Shown here piece by piece: positions 1 to 8,733 of a stretch of 64,000 nt of DNA. The position numbers were made by a program, and so were the translations under genes. Source of the DNA: Candidatus Eiseniibacteriota bacterium (GTDB taxonomy: Bacteria; Eisenbacteria; RBG-16-71-46; CAIMUX01; VGJL01); contig CAWBWI010000001.1 in assembly GCA_963792585.1 (NCBI GenBank), positions 320,001-384,000 of the forward strand. Direction: 5' to 3'. The notes under the pieces were generated by a model. The model was not told where the DNA came from. It was given only the letters and a program-made list of their open reading frames with translations, and did not search any database. Each line of letters begins with the position of its first letter. Positions within the stretch are counted from its first letter, which is position 1.

Positions 1-1640
1 ACCGCCGTGTCGAGCCAGTCTCCCTCGTCCGTGTTCCCAGTGCGCTTGAGATCGATCGTCTGCGAGTAGTCCCGCGCGACGCCGTTGAAATAGCTGTTGG
101 GATAGATGGCTCGTTGCGTCCTCAGACTGTCCTTCACGTAGAAGGCGAACAACTGCGGCCGGTCGTAGCCGGCGAGGTCCTCGATCGCCACGCAGCGCAA
201 GTCGGCGCGGAGGAGATCTCCGTCGAGGCGGACGTTGTGCCAGTACAGCGCAGCCGACCCCTCCTGGGCGTAGGTCTCCATGACAAAGCCCCGGTACATC
301 CCCTCGATGTCGGGGAAGACGCTCCCGATGGTCTTGTCGAGGCCGTTGAAATAGGCGATGGGGGCCGCGTCACCCGTCTCGCGATAGAAGAGCAACCGGC
401 CGGCGAGCGCCTGGTTGAAGAACGGATCCATCCCGCCCCACCTCACGTGCAGCAGGATGAATGGCAGCGCCTCGGGATCGAAGAACGGATCCTCCACGAC
501 CCGTTCCGCCGCCGCATCCGCGACAGGGCAGTTGGGGCAGAAGGTTGACGTCAGCATCTCGATCAGCACTCCTCGGGGCTGCGGAAGCGCGCCGCGCGTG
601 AAGGCGAATGCAGCCTCCGTGCCGCCCGACGTCCCCACCTGCACCGTCCGGATCGTATCCCCGATGGCGGTGAACCCGAGCGGCGCCTCGGTGTGGACGG
701 AGACCTCGTGGCTTCCCGCGATGATGCACGGGAAGGTCGCGGGGGTCTGGAGGCCGGTATCGAGGCCGTCGAGGCGGATCGGAAGCTCGGAGGGGTTCGA
801 CGTCACGTTCAGGATCGGGAAATCAAAGACAGCCTCGGCCGTTCCCGTCGAACCGAGCGAGACGGTCTGGAGCGTGTCCGGGCAGAGGCTGTAAGCGGGC
901 GTCTCGGCCGGCCGGACCTTGACGAGATAGCTGCCGCTGGGGAGGCAGGGAATCGCCGCAGGCGTCGTGAGCCCGGTGGCAGCGCCGTCGATCCAGACGG
1001 GCAGACCGGACGGGGTCGAGCGCACCGAGAGGATCGCCGAACTCTGCTCGACGTGCACGTCGAGCGTGAGATCGCGTCCCTCCTCCAGGGTGACATTGAG
1101 CGACTCGGCGGGCGAAATCGTCACGCATTCCTTCCGCACGACGACGCTGTGCGGTCCGGGTTCGAGCAGATAGTCGAGTTCCTCGGCGTCGAGACTCTCG
1201 ACGACCAAGTTCCCGTCCAGCCAGACCTGCGCGCCGGTCTGGAGGCCCGGAACGTCGGGCAGGAAGCGGAGGTTCAGGAGGGCGCAACGCTGGACGATTC
1301 GAAAGTCGACCGTGGTCGCGCGACCGCCGACGAAATCGACGGCGAGCGACTCGGCGGGCTGCACGCGGGCGCAGTCCTTGCGCAGGACGAAGAGATGGCG
1401 CCCCTCGTTCATGAGGGTGTCCATCTCGGAGGCGGAGAGCGATCCGATCACCTTCTCCCCGTCGATCCACAACTCGGCGCCGTCGCGCAGCGCCGCGTTC
1501 TCCGCATCGAACCGCACCTTGACCTGCGTCATCCAGGGGGCTCGGAGGTCATCCTGGCAACCGCTGAGGATCCCTCCCAGGAGGATCGCGCCGAAGACGA
1601 ACAGAAAGGCGGCCAGCCTAGAAGTTCGTGAGGAATTCAA
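1..1640 (-). CDS. Lipoprotein with about four PEGA-like repeats and a C-terminal Omp28-like thioredoxin-fold (CPNC) domain; 3' end runs off the window
   Basis: Absent from the ORF track because it has no stop in the window. Manual translation from TTG at 1640 (GGAGG upstream) gives MNSSRTSRLAAFLFVFGAILLGGILSGC (lipobox), repeats such as LSVRSTPSGLPVWIDGAATGLTTP and LNVTSNPSELPIRLDGLDTGLQTP, then GVLIEMLTSTFCPNCPVAD...PIAYFNG. Confidence 0.8.
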   Translation of the reverse strand, partial: MNSSRTSRLAAFLFVFGAILLGGILSGCQDDLRAPWMTQVKVRFDAENAALRDGAELWIDGEKVIGSLSASEMDTLMNEGRHLFVLRKDCARVQPAESLAVDFVGGRATTVDFRIVQRCALLNLRFLPDVPGLQTGAQVWLDGNLVVESLDAEELDYLLEPGPHSVVVRKECVTISPAESLNVTLEEGRDLTLDVHVEQSSAILSVRSTPSGLPVWIDGAATGLTTPAAIPCLPSGSYLVKVRPAETPAYSLCPDTLQTVSLGSTGTAEAVFDFPILNVTSNPSELPIRLDGLDTGLQTPATFPCIIAGSHEVSVHTEAPLGFTAIGDTIRTVQVGTSGGTEAAFAFTRGALPQPRGVLIEMLTSTFCPNCPVADAAAERVVEDPFFDPEALPFILLHVRWGGMDPFFNQALAGRLLFYRETGDAAPIAYFNGLDKTIGSVFPDIEGMYRGFVMETYAQEGSAALYWHNVRLDGDLLRADLRCVAIEDLAGYDRPQLFAFYVKDSLRTQRAIYPNSYFNGVARDYSQTIDLKRTGNTDEGDWLDTA

Positions 1641-3090
1641 GTCGACCTCCCTCGAACGGGTCTTCGAATTTGCAGATGCCGCCGGAGCAGACCATTCCGC
1701 CCCGGATGGTGCCCCCCGACAGGGTCAGTTGTCCGGCCGCGCCCAAACGGATCATCCAGGAAAACCATGCCCAGTTGTCTCGAGTGAGGCCCTCCTCGTC
1801 GGTCCACTCGAACGTCGCCCCCCAGGAGAAGCGGGGCGATCTCGCCAGCGTAAACGTCAGGACATTGTCCCGGTACTCGAGCGGCAGCAGGTAGGAGGCG
1901 GTCGCGAGATCCAACTTGCGGGTCTCTTGCGTCTCGAGTCCAACCTCGCCGCTCCAGTTGCCCCAGACGGGCGTCAGCCAGTTTCCGCCATAGGTGATCC
2001 GCTCGAAGAAGACTCGGTCGAAACCTTCCCGAACCTTCTCCTCGGTCTCGCCTGCGTAGCCGATCAGATGCGATCCGCGCCAGTCGGCCTGGACATCTCC
2101 ATAGATCTCCCACGCGGGCAGGTCCTGATGGCGCGCGAGCGAGCGGCTCCAGTCAACCGATGTGGTGACCGCGTCGGAGACCTTCCACACGACGTTCGCC
2201 TCGCCTCCGTACTCGTCCGCCAAGCGGATGTTCGGGACGTGGGAGCCTCGCCCGAGAAGGGTGGTGGCGTGCTGCGGGACGGTCGTTGGCGGGCTCACGT
2301 AGGCGTGTTTGAAGCGGAGGAGGTCCTTTCCCTCGAGTGTGACCGAGATCGGGCCGAAGCTGCCGATCGCGGCGCCGTACGCGCCATGGCCGTCGTCGGG
2401 AACCCCGCGCCCCGCCCTCTCGGGATCGTATCGGTGGATGGCATACTCCGCCGTGAGGTCGATCCCCCCCGGCAGGGGACCATTGGCCTGGGCGCCGAAC
2501 AGACCGTCACGACCGAACACGGGATCGTCGCCCCGCACCGAGTCGATGACCGCGCCGTTGAGCCCGACCGTCCAGCCGCGCCCCGCGTCGACACGGCTGG
2601 AGAGCGCCTTGACCATCGTGCTCGGGGTCCCGATGGAATTCGTCCCGACGATCGACTCGAGCGTCAAGCGCTTGTACGTGCCCTGCGCGTAGAAGCCGTC
2701 CACCGCATTGTCGTAGTCGACCACCTGGTCCTCCACGATCCTCAGAACCAGTCCCGAGCCGAACGTGGCATAGCTGTCTCCCAGGCGGAGCTCGATGTCG
2801 TCGGTCGCCGCCGTGACCCAGCGCTTGCGGATCCCTTCCTGGCGGGGGCCATACTTGTTTCGATCGAGGCGGGTGTGATCGGACGGAGCATGCGACAGAA
2901 AGACGAGGCCTACCCCGAAGCGGCGGTAACTGATCCCCAGATCGAGGCGGTCGTCCACCGTACTCTCATTGAGTTCCGAGCTGTAGTCGGCCTCGAGTTG
3001 GTTCGTGGCCCAGATGTTGGCCTCCTGCGCGCTAGTGGTCGACGCGATTGCTGCGATTCCGAGGAGGAGAAGAGCGGCCGCCCCCCTCAC
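1618..3090 (-). CDS. Outer-membrane beta-barrel protein, DUF6029-like, with C-terminal CxxxxC motif
   Basis: Signal peptide, amphipathic beta-strands, LGDSYATFGSGLVLR segment, C-terminal GGMVCSGGICKFEDPFEG...TNF ending in an aromatic residue. Confidence 0.65.
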   Translation of the reverse strand: MRGAAALLLLGIAAIASTTSAQEANIWATNQLEADYSSELNESTVDDRLDLGISYRRFGVGLVFLSHAPSDHTRLDRNKYGPRQEGIRKRWVTAATDDIELRLGDSYATFGSGLVLRIVEDQVVDYDNAVDGFYAQGTYKRLTLESIVGTNSIGTPSTMVKALSSRVDAGRGWTVGLNGAVIDSVRGDDPVFGRDGLFGAQANGPLPGGIDLTAEYAIHRYDPERAGRGVPDDGHGAYGAAIGSFGPISVTLEGKDLLRFKHAYVSPPTTVPQHATTLLGRGSHVPNIRLADEYGGEANVVWKVSDAVTTSVDWSRSLARHQDLPAWEIYGDVQADWRGSHLIGYAGETEEKVREGFDRVFFERITYGGNWLTPVWGNWSGEVGLETQETRKLDLATASYLLPLEYRDNVLTFTLARSPRFSWGATFEWTDEEGLTRDNWAWFSWMIRLGAAGQLTLSGGTIRGGMVCSGGICKFEDPFEGGRLEFLTNF

Positions 3091-3644
3091 TTCTCGTCGC
3101 CGGAGCCAGCGGTCCCCGTCCCCCCCAACAACCCCACGAGCTTCTGCTCCAGCACTTTTTCATCCCCCCTCATGTATCCCTGCGTGAAGTGGACGACCGT
3201 CCCATCCTTCGCGATCAGGAAGGAGGTCGGGTAGTTCTTGACGTTGAAGGCATTGCCGACCAGCTTGTTCGGATCGGCGAGCACGATCGACTGGATCTTC
3301 ATCTGCGTGATGATCCCTTTGACCTTCTGGATGCTCTTCTGATCGTCCTGCGCGACCAGAAGCACCTTGAAGCCCTTGTCCTTGTACTTCAGATAGAGCT
3401 TGTCGAGTTCGGGGATCTCGTTCTTGCACGGTTTGCAGTAGGTCGTCCAGAAGTCGACGAAGACAGGACCCTCTGCGAGAAGCTCCGCGAGGTGGAAGCT
3501 CTTGCCGTCTAGATCCTTCGCGGTGAAATCCGGAGCCTTGTTGAGTCCGGCAGGCGCCTGTGCGCATGCGGGAGCGGTGACGAGGAGAAGGCAAAGGACC
3601 GATAGACACGCGGCGACCACGGCGAACGAAACGGAACGTCTCAC
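3087..3644 (-). CDS. TlpA/ResA-family exported thiol-disulfide oxidoreductase
   Basis: APDFTAKDLDG, VFVDFWTTYCKPCKNEIP and YPTSFLI motifs. Signal peptide; GTG at 3644 has GGAGGG upstream. Confidence 0.9.
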   Translation of the reverse strand: MRRSVSFAVVAACLSVLCLLLVTAPACAQAPAGLNKAPDFTAKDLDGKSFHLAELLAEGPVFVDFWTTYCKPCKNEIPELDKLYLKYKDKGFKVLLVAQDDQKSIQKVKGIITQMKIQSIVLADPNKLVGNAFNVKNYPTSFLIAKDGTVVHFTQGYMRGDEKVLEQKLVGLLGGTGTAGSGDEK

Positions 3645-3713
3645 GGCGGCTGTCCCTCCGGGGGGCAGCGGGAGCGTACCCCCAACATGGTGAAAGAACA
3701 CAAGTTCTCCTTT

Positions 3714-3741
3714 ATTGTAGGGTAAGCTCGTAAAGTGTCAA
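3714..3741 (-). promoter_or_regulatory. Sigma70-type promoter for the tlpA operon
   Basis: TTGACA-N16-TACAAT on the minus strand in an AT-rich intergenic patch. Confidence 0.6.
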
Positions 3742-3801
3742 CCATACCGGCGGCGTACGCCCCGGACACGGCGGATGGGCCGCGCATCCAGGAGGGGACC
3801 G

Positions 3802-4974
3802 ATGGCGGAGATCCACCCGTTGCTGCCGGACCTGTTCGTCCGGCAACTCGAATCGCGGGATGGCGATGGGGTCTTGCGGTCGATCGAGAACGCCGGCGAA
3901 CTCGGCGACGGGTCACGGCATCTGGTGCGGGCGATGCGCCGTTTCGCGGCATATCATCGCGCTCGGCCGGGGGAGCCGCATGCCTCGGTGGTGGTCGACG
4001 CAGTCGCCGATTTAGTCCCGGCATATGAGGACGCGTACCCTGCGCTCCTGTTCGCCTCCGCCGCGGCGTACTTGATGCAGTTACCGACGAGCGCTCCCCG
4101 AATCGACCTCTTCCATATTGCACCCAGCGCCCCTTCGGTCGACGTCGTTCCCGTCGCCTCGCTCGAGGACGCGCTCTGCGAAGCGAATCTGGAGGACACC
4201 TGCCGGACGATCGCGAGGCTGGCGCATGTCATTCGAACCCGCGAGTACTTCCTGGAGCTTCTCCTCGACGGCGTCGCGCCCGAGCTGTCGCCCGAAGGAC
4301 ATCTGCTCGTGCACGCGGACGCGACGGTCAAGTGCCTCGATGACATGGAGTGGGAGGCGGGACGGGGATTGGCTTACCGGCTGATCGAGGCGTTGAGCGA
4401 GCAGTCGCTCGAACCGGCTCCCGGGATCTGGACGACCCCGCCGCCCGTGCCGTGCCGTGCCGGCTTCCTCGCGACCTTGGGAATGGCGGCGCCCGAAGCG
4501 ACCTGGCTCTACCTCGCCCATGCCTTTCAGGCGGAGCGCTACGCGCAGGTCCGGATCAAGGGCGTGCGGGCGGGGCTGCGGGGTTGGATCGCCGCGCGTC
4601 TCTTCGACGGAGATGAAGTGCGGATGCAGGCGGAGGAGGGGAGACTGCCGCCTCGAGAGTCGAGCGGCGCGGGGAAGCCCGCACCGCGACTTGCCGAGGC
4701 GGAAGGCAGTGCCCTCGCCTCGGCGATCGCGGCCGGCCGCCCGGAAGCGATCGGACAAACCGCGGGAATCGCCGCGGCGGGAGGGGATGTCGATCCTCTC
4801 TATCGGTGGATCGGAGAAACCGCGCTCCCGCCTCTGGAGGCGGGGGACCCGCGGCCGATCCTGGCGGTGAACGCAGCGCGATGGGGAGCCCATCTGCTCG
4901 GGTCGCATGGGGCCGGGCCGCTGACCGCGCGTTTGATCGAGCGGCTTCATGACTTCGCGCGCGGCGGATCCTGA
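3802..4974 (+). CDS. Hypothetical all-alpha protein
   Basis: ATG at 3802 with GGAGGGG SD; long ORF with typical codon bias. PEGHLLVHADA...LDDMEWE segment; no family recognised with confidence. Confidence 0.7.
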   Translation: MAEIHPLLPDLFVRQLESRDGDGVLRSIENAGELGDGSRHLVRAMRRFAAYHRARPGEPHASVVVDAVADLVPAYEDAYPALLFASAAAYLMQLPTSAPRIDLFHIAPSAPSVDVVPVASLEDALCEANLEDTCRTIARLAHVIRTREYFLELLLDGVAPELSPEGHLLVHADATVKCLDDMEWEAGRGLAYRLIEALSEQSLEPAPGIWTTPPPVPCRAGFLATLGMAAPEATWLYLAHAFQAERYAQVRIKGVRAGLRGWIAARLFDGDEVRMQAEEGRLPPRESSGAGKPAPRLAEAEGSALASAIAAGRPEAIGQTAGIAAAGGDVDPLYRWIGETALPPLEAGDPRPILAVNAARWGAHLLGSHGAGPLTARLIERLHDFARGGS

Positions 4975-4988
4975 CCGCGGCGGGACGT

Positions 4989-5948
4989 ATGAACGCGACC
5001 GAGGCGGCTGCTGCGAAGGAACGGATCCTCTCCTGGGGCGCGGAACTCGGACTGAGCGCCATCGGGATCGCCCTGCCCGAACCGCCCGCGCGGTCCGGCT
5101 TCCTGCTCGAGTGGTTGAGGCGCGGGTACCAGGCTTCGATGGGCTATCTCGGGCGCTCGCCCGAAGAGCGCGGCAATCCGGACGCAATCCTGCAGGGCTG
5201 CCGCGCGGTTCTATGCGCGGCGCTCGACTACGGCGGCGGGGAGGATCCCGCGGCCGACGATCCCAGTCTCGGCCGCATCTCCCGGTATGCATGGGGAGAC
5301 GACTATCACGATGTCCTTGGAGAGAAGTTGCGGGCGCTGGCCGGACGGATCCGCGAATGCTGGCCCGATGCGCGCACCCGCGTCTCGGTCGACACCTCGC
5401 CCGTGCTCGAGAAGCCATTTGCCGCCGCCGCTGGCCTGGGATGGATCGGCAAGCACACCAACGTGATCGACCCGCGCCGCGGAAGCTGGTTCTTTCTTGG
5501 CGAAATCTTCACCGATCTTCCCCTTCCCCCGACCGGCCGATCGCCGACCATTGCGGGAGTTGCACCCGATGCATAGAGGTCTGTCCGACCGGCGCCATCG
5601 TCGAGCCGTATGTTCTGGACGCGAGCCGCTGCCTCTCCTACTGGAATATCGAGCATCGCGGTGAGATCGACGTGCGCTTCCATGCCGGGATGGGGAACTG
5701 GATCTTCGGATGCGACCTGTGCCAGGAAGTCTGTCCGTGGAATCGGGAGGCGCCCTTCGCGGCCGAGGAGCGGTTTGCGCCGCGCGGCGTGAACCTGGCG
5801 CGACCGCTCGAGGAGTGGTCGTCGTTGACGGCGGAGGGAATTCAAGGAGCGTTTCCGGGGTAGCGCGGTGAAGCGCGCGCGCCACGACGGATTCGTCCGG
5901 AACGTCGCGATCGCCGCCCGCAATGCGGCGATCGAGGGGGAGAGGCCA
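4989..5948 (+). CDS. queG: Epoxyqueuosine reductase QueG (two indels, at about 5530 and 5835; reads on in frame into a glutaredoxin-like domain)
   Basis: ISRYAWGDDYH, VDTSPVLEK, GLGWIGK, CGSCTRCIEVCPTGAI, RCLSY, GCDLCQEVCPWN and RNVAIA motifs, spread over ORFs 4989..5576, 4949..5863 and 5868..6248. Confidence 0.9.
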
Positions 5949-6248
5949 ATGCGCGATCCCAAGGCGGAGGTCCGTCTCTATGCGGCCGCATGGTCGCCCG
6001 AGTGTCGGATCGCCCGCCGTTTCCTGGAGCGTCACAAGATCCCCTTCCGCTGGGTCGACGTCGACGCCGACCCGGGAGCCGGCGACGAACTCCAGCGCGG
6101 CTCCGGTAGCAGGATCGTCCCGGCGATGCGGATCGGTGATCGCTGGGTGGCCGTCCAATCCCGGGAGAAGGGCTTCCTCTACCGTGAGGCGGCAGTCGCT
6201 CTCGACATTCCGATCGGGGAGATTCCCGAACTGGACGGGCGCGCGTGA
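5949..6248 (+). CDS. Glutaredoxin/NrdH-like domain (WSPEC), either fused to QueG or separately initiated
   Basis: VRLYAAAWSPECRIARRFLERHKIPFRWVDVD...SGSRIVPAMRIG is a Grx fold with cis-Pro (VP). A purine-rich SD-like run precedes ATG 5949. Confidence 0.65.
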   Translation: MRDPKAEVRLYAAAWSPECRIARRFLERHKIPFRWVDVDADPGAGDELQRGSGSRIVPAMRIGDRWVAVQSREKGFLYREAAVALDIPIGEIPELDGRA

Positions 6249-7072
6249 TCTCCCGAAGCGTGCGGATCCCTCGGGCCGGCGATCGCCCGCTTGCGGGAAA
6301 CCTGCACGAGGCCGAGACGCCGTCCGGGGCGCTCCTCGTCATTCACGGTTTCAAGGGATTCAAGGACTGGGGCTTCTTCTCCAGCCTATGTGATGCGCTC
6401 GCTCGCGGCGGGGTGACGGCGCTGCGCTTCAATCTCGGCGGCTGCGGAGTTCGCGAGGACGGCGATCGATTCGACGACGTCGAGGGCTTCGAGGCGAACA
6501 CCTATGGACGCGAACTCGACGACGCGACGGTCGCCCTCGAGTGGCTGCGCGCCGAAACCCGAGACGTGCCCATCGGCCTGTTCGGGCACAGCCGGGGCGG
6601 CGGAATGGCGATCCTGCTCGCCGCGGAGCCGGCGCGCGTCCGCGCCCTGGTGACGTGGTCGGCGATCTCGCATCCGAACCGCTTCGGCGAAGAGTCGATC
6701 GCCGCCTGGGAACGGGGCGATCGTGTGCCGATCGTCAATAGCCGCACCGGTCAGCTCTTTCGATTGCGCAGGGAGATCCTGGACGAGTTGCGCGCGGAAC
6801 CGGCCCGATTCGACATCGCGGCGCATGCGCGTCGCATCGACATCCCTTGGTTGATCGTTCATGGCGAGCAGGACGAGACGGTCCCTCCGGGCGAGGCGCG
6901 CGATCTGTTCGGGGCTTCGATGAAGGGATCGCGGACGGCCAGGCTCCTCATGATTCCGGAAGGGGGACACACCTTCGGGGCCGTTCACCCTTACGCGGGA
7001 GAGCCCGAGCCGTTGCGCGTCGCGGTCGAGGAAACGGTTGCGTGGTGCGCGCGAACCTTGGGGGCCGCTTGA
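6245..7072 (+). CDS. Alpha/beta-fold hydrolase
   Basis: HGFKGFKDWGFF, nucleophile elbow GHSRGG, HGEQDETV, GGHTFG. Confidence 0.85.
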   Translation: MISRSVRIPRAGDRPLAGNLHEAETPSGALLVIHGFKGFKDWGFFSSLCDALARGGVTALRFNLGGCGVREDGDRFDDVEGFEANTYGRELDDATVALEWLRAETRDVPIGLFGHSRGGGMAILLAAEPARVRALVTWSAISHPNRFGEESIAAWERGDRVPIVNSRTGQLFRLRREILDELRAEPARFDIAAHARRIDIPWLIVHGEQDETVPPGEARDLFGASMKGSRTARLLMIPEGGHTFGAVHPYAGEPEPLRVAVEETVAWCARTLGAA

Positions 7073-7098
7073 CACCCACGCGAAGACGCCGATAGCCT
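7069..7098 (+). promoter_or_regulatory. Sigma70-type promoter upstream of nfu
   Basis: TTGACA-N18-TAGCCT. Confidence 0.6.
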
Positions 7099-7159
7099 GA
7101 GTCGGTCCGGCGTTCGCCGGCGCGTGCCCGAGCGCTTCGTCGTCATCATGGAGGTCGCA

Positions 7160-7387
7160 ATGCTGGAACGTGAGTCGGTCGAAGAGGTGCTGAATCGGCG
7201 GATCCGCCCCGCCCTCGTGATGGACGGTGGGAACATCGATCTGGTCGAGGTCAAGGACAACAAGATCTACGTGCAGCTCGTCGGCGCCTGCGGGCACTGC
7301 CCGAGCGCGATGATGACGCTGCAGTTCGGCGTCGAGAGGCTTCTGAAAGAGGAGTTCCCCGAACTCGAGGCGGTGATCACCGTCTAA
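7160..7387 (+). CDS. NifU/Nfu-family Fe-S cluster carrier
   Basis: IRPALVMDGGNIDLV...GACGHCPSAMMTLQFGVE; GGAGG SD before ATG 7160. Confidence 0.92.
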   Translation: MLERESVEEVLNRRIRPALVMDGGNIDLVEVKDNKIYVQLVGACGHCPSAMMTLQFGVERLLKEEFPELEAVITV

Positions 7388-7397
7388 AAGGAGATCC

Positions 7398-8033
7398 ATG
7401 GAGCGGCTCACTTCACCCGGGATCGAGGAGTATCTGAACGGGCTCTTCCCGCCTTCCGATCCGGTATTGGGCGAAATGGGCCGCCTTGGGAACGAGCGCA
7501 ACTTCCCGATCGTGGGACCGCTCGTCGGCAACCTCCTCGAGATCCTCGCGCGGGCGATCGGCGCCCGCGCCGTGCTGGAGCTGGGCTCCGGCTTCGGATA
7601 CTCCGCTTACTGGTTCGCGCGCGGCCTCGCGGGCACCGGCCGCATCGTCCTCACCGACGGCAAGAAGGAGAATCTCCTCGAGGCGAAGGCCTTCCTCGGA
7701 CGGGGAGGTTTCCCGCACGCATTCGAGTTCTACAAAGGGGATGCGCTCGAGCGCCTCCGGCGCGCCGGCGAAACCTGGGACATCATCTTCTGCGACATCG
7801 ACAAGCATGGCTATCCGGATGTGGTCGCGCCGGCTGTCGAACGGCTGCGGCCCGGCGGCCTCCTGATCTTCGACAACACCCTCTGGTCGGGGCGCGTGCT
7901 GCCCGACGCGGGGCCGGGGGACGCCGCCACCGAGGGAGTGCGGAGTCTGAACCGAATCCTCTCCACGCACGCAGATCTGAGATCGACGATTCTCCCGGTC
8001 CGGGACGGCGTCGCGGTCGCGGTCAAGATCTAG
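7398..8033 (+). CDS. O-methyltransferase (caffeoyl-CoA OMT-like, class I SAM-dependent)
   Basis: VLELGSGFGYSA, DIIFCDIDK, LRPGGLLIFDNTLWSG, LPVRDG. Confidence 0.88.
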   Translation: MERLTSPGIEEYLNGLFPPSDPVLGEMGRLGNERNFPIVGPLVGNLLEILARAIGARAVLELGSGFGYSAYWFARGLAGTGRIVLTDGKKENLLEAKAFLGRGGFPHAFEFYKGDALERLRRAGETWDIIFCDIDKHGYPDVVAPAVERLRPGGLLIFDNTLWSGRVLPDAGPGDAATEGVRSLNRILSTHADLRSTILPVRDGVAVAVKI

Positions 8034-8043
8034 GAAGGAGCGC

Positions 8044-8733
8044 ATGGCAAAGGGGACGATCCTGGTCGTCGAGGACGAGAAGGACATACGCGAACTCCTC
8101 CGGCACCATCTCGAACGCGAGCACTTCCGCGTGGTGGCGGCAAGTTCCGGTGAGGAGGGGTTGAAACTCGCGAAGCGGGAGCATCCCGACCTGGTCCTCC
8201 TCGATCTGATGCTGCCGGGCCTCGACGGACTCGAGGTGTGCCGCTCGCTGCGTGCGGAGGCGGAGACCCGACGCACCCCGATCGTCATGCTGACCGCGCG
8301 GTCCGAAGATGCCGACGTGGTGGCCGGCCTCGAACTCGGGGCGGACGACTACGTCACGAAGCCGTTTCAACCCCGTGTGCTGCTTGCGCGCCTGCGGGCT
8401 GTGCTGCGCCGCCTCGAGGCCGAGCGGGCGGAGCCGGGCGAGTCGATCGTCTGCGGCGATCTGGTCATCGACAGCGCGCGGCATCAGGTCCGCCTCAAGG
8501 ACAAGGCAGTCTCCCTCACCTTGACCGAGTTCCGCATCCTCACGCACCTGGCGCGCCACCCCGGCCGCGTCTTCTCGCGCTACCAGATCCTGGATGGCAT
8601 CCAAGGGCAGGACTCGTTCGTCCTCGACCGCACGATCGACGTCCACATCGCCGCCCTCCGGCGCAAGCTCGGCGGCTTCGGCGATCGGATCGAGACCATC
8701 CGCGGCGTTGGATACCGGCTGAAGGATGCCTGA
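8044..8733 (+). CDS. OmpR/PhoB-family response regulator
   Basis: ILVVEDE, LLDLMLPG, GADDYVTKPF, winged helix RTIDVHIAALRRKLG...TIRGVGY. Confidence 0.93.
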   Translation: MAKGTILVVEDEKDIRELLRHHLEREHFRVVAASSGEEGLKLAKREHPDLVLLDLMLPGLDGLEVCRSLRAEAETRRTPIVMLTARSEDADVVAGLELGADDYVTKPFQPRVLLARLRAVLRRLEAERAEPGESIVCGDLVIDSARHQVRLKDKAVSLTLTEFRILTHLARHPGRVFSRYQILDGIQGQDSFVLDRTIDVHIAALRRKLGGFGDRIETIRGVGYRLKDA

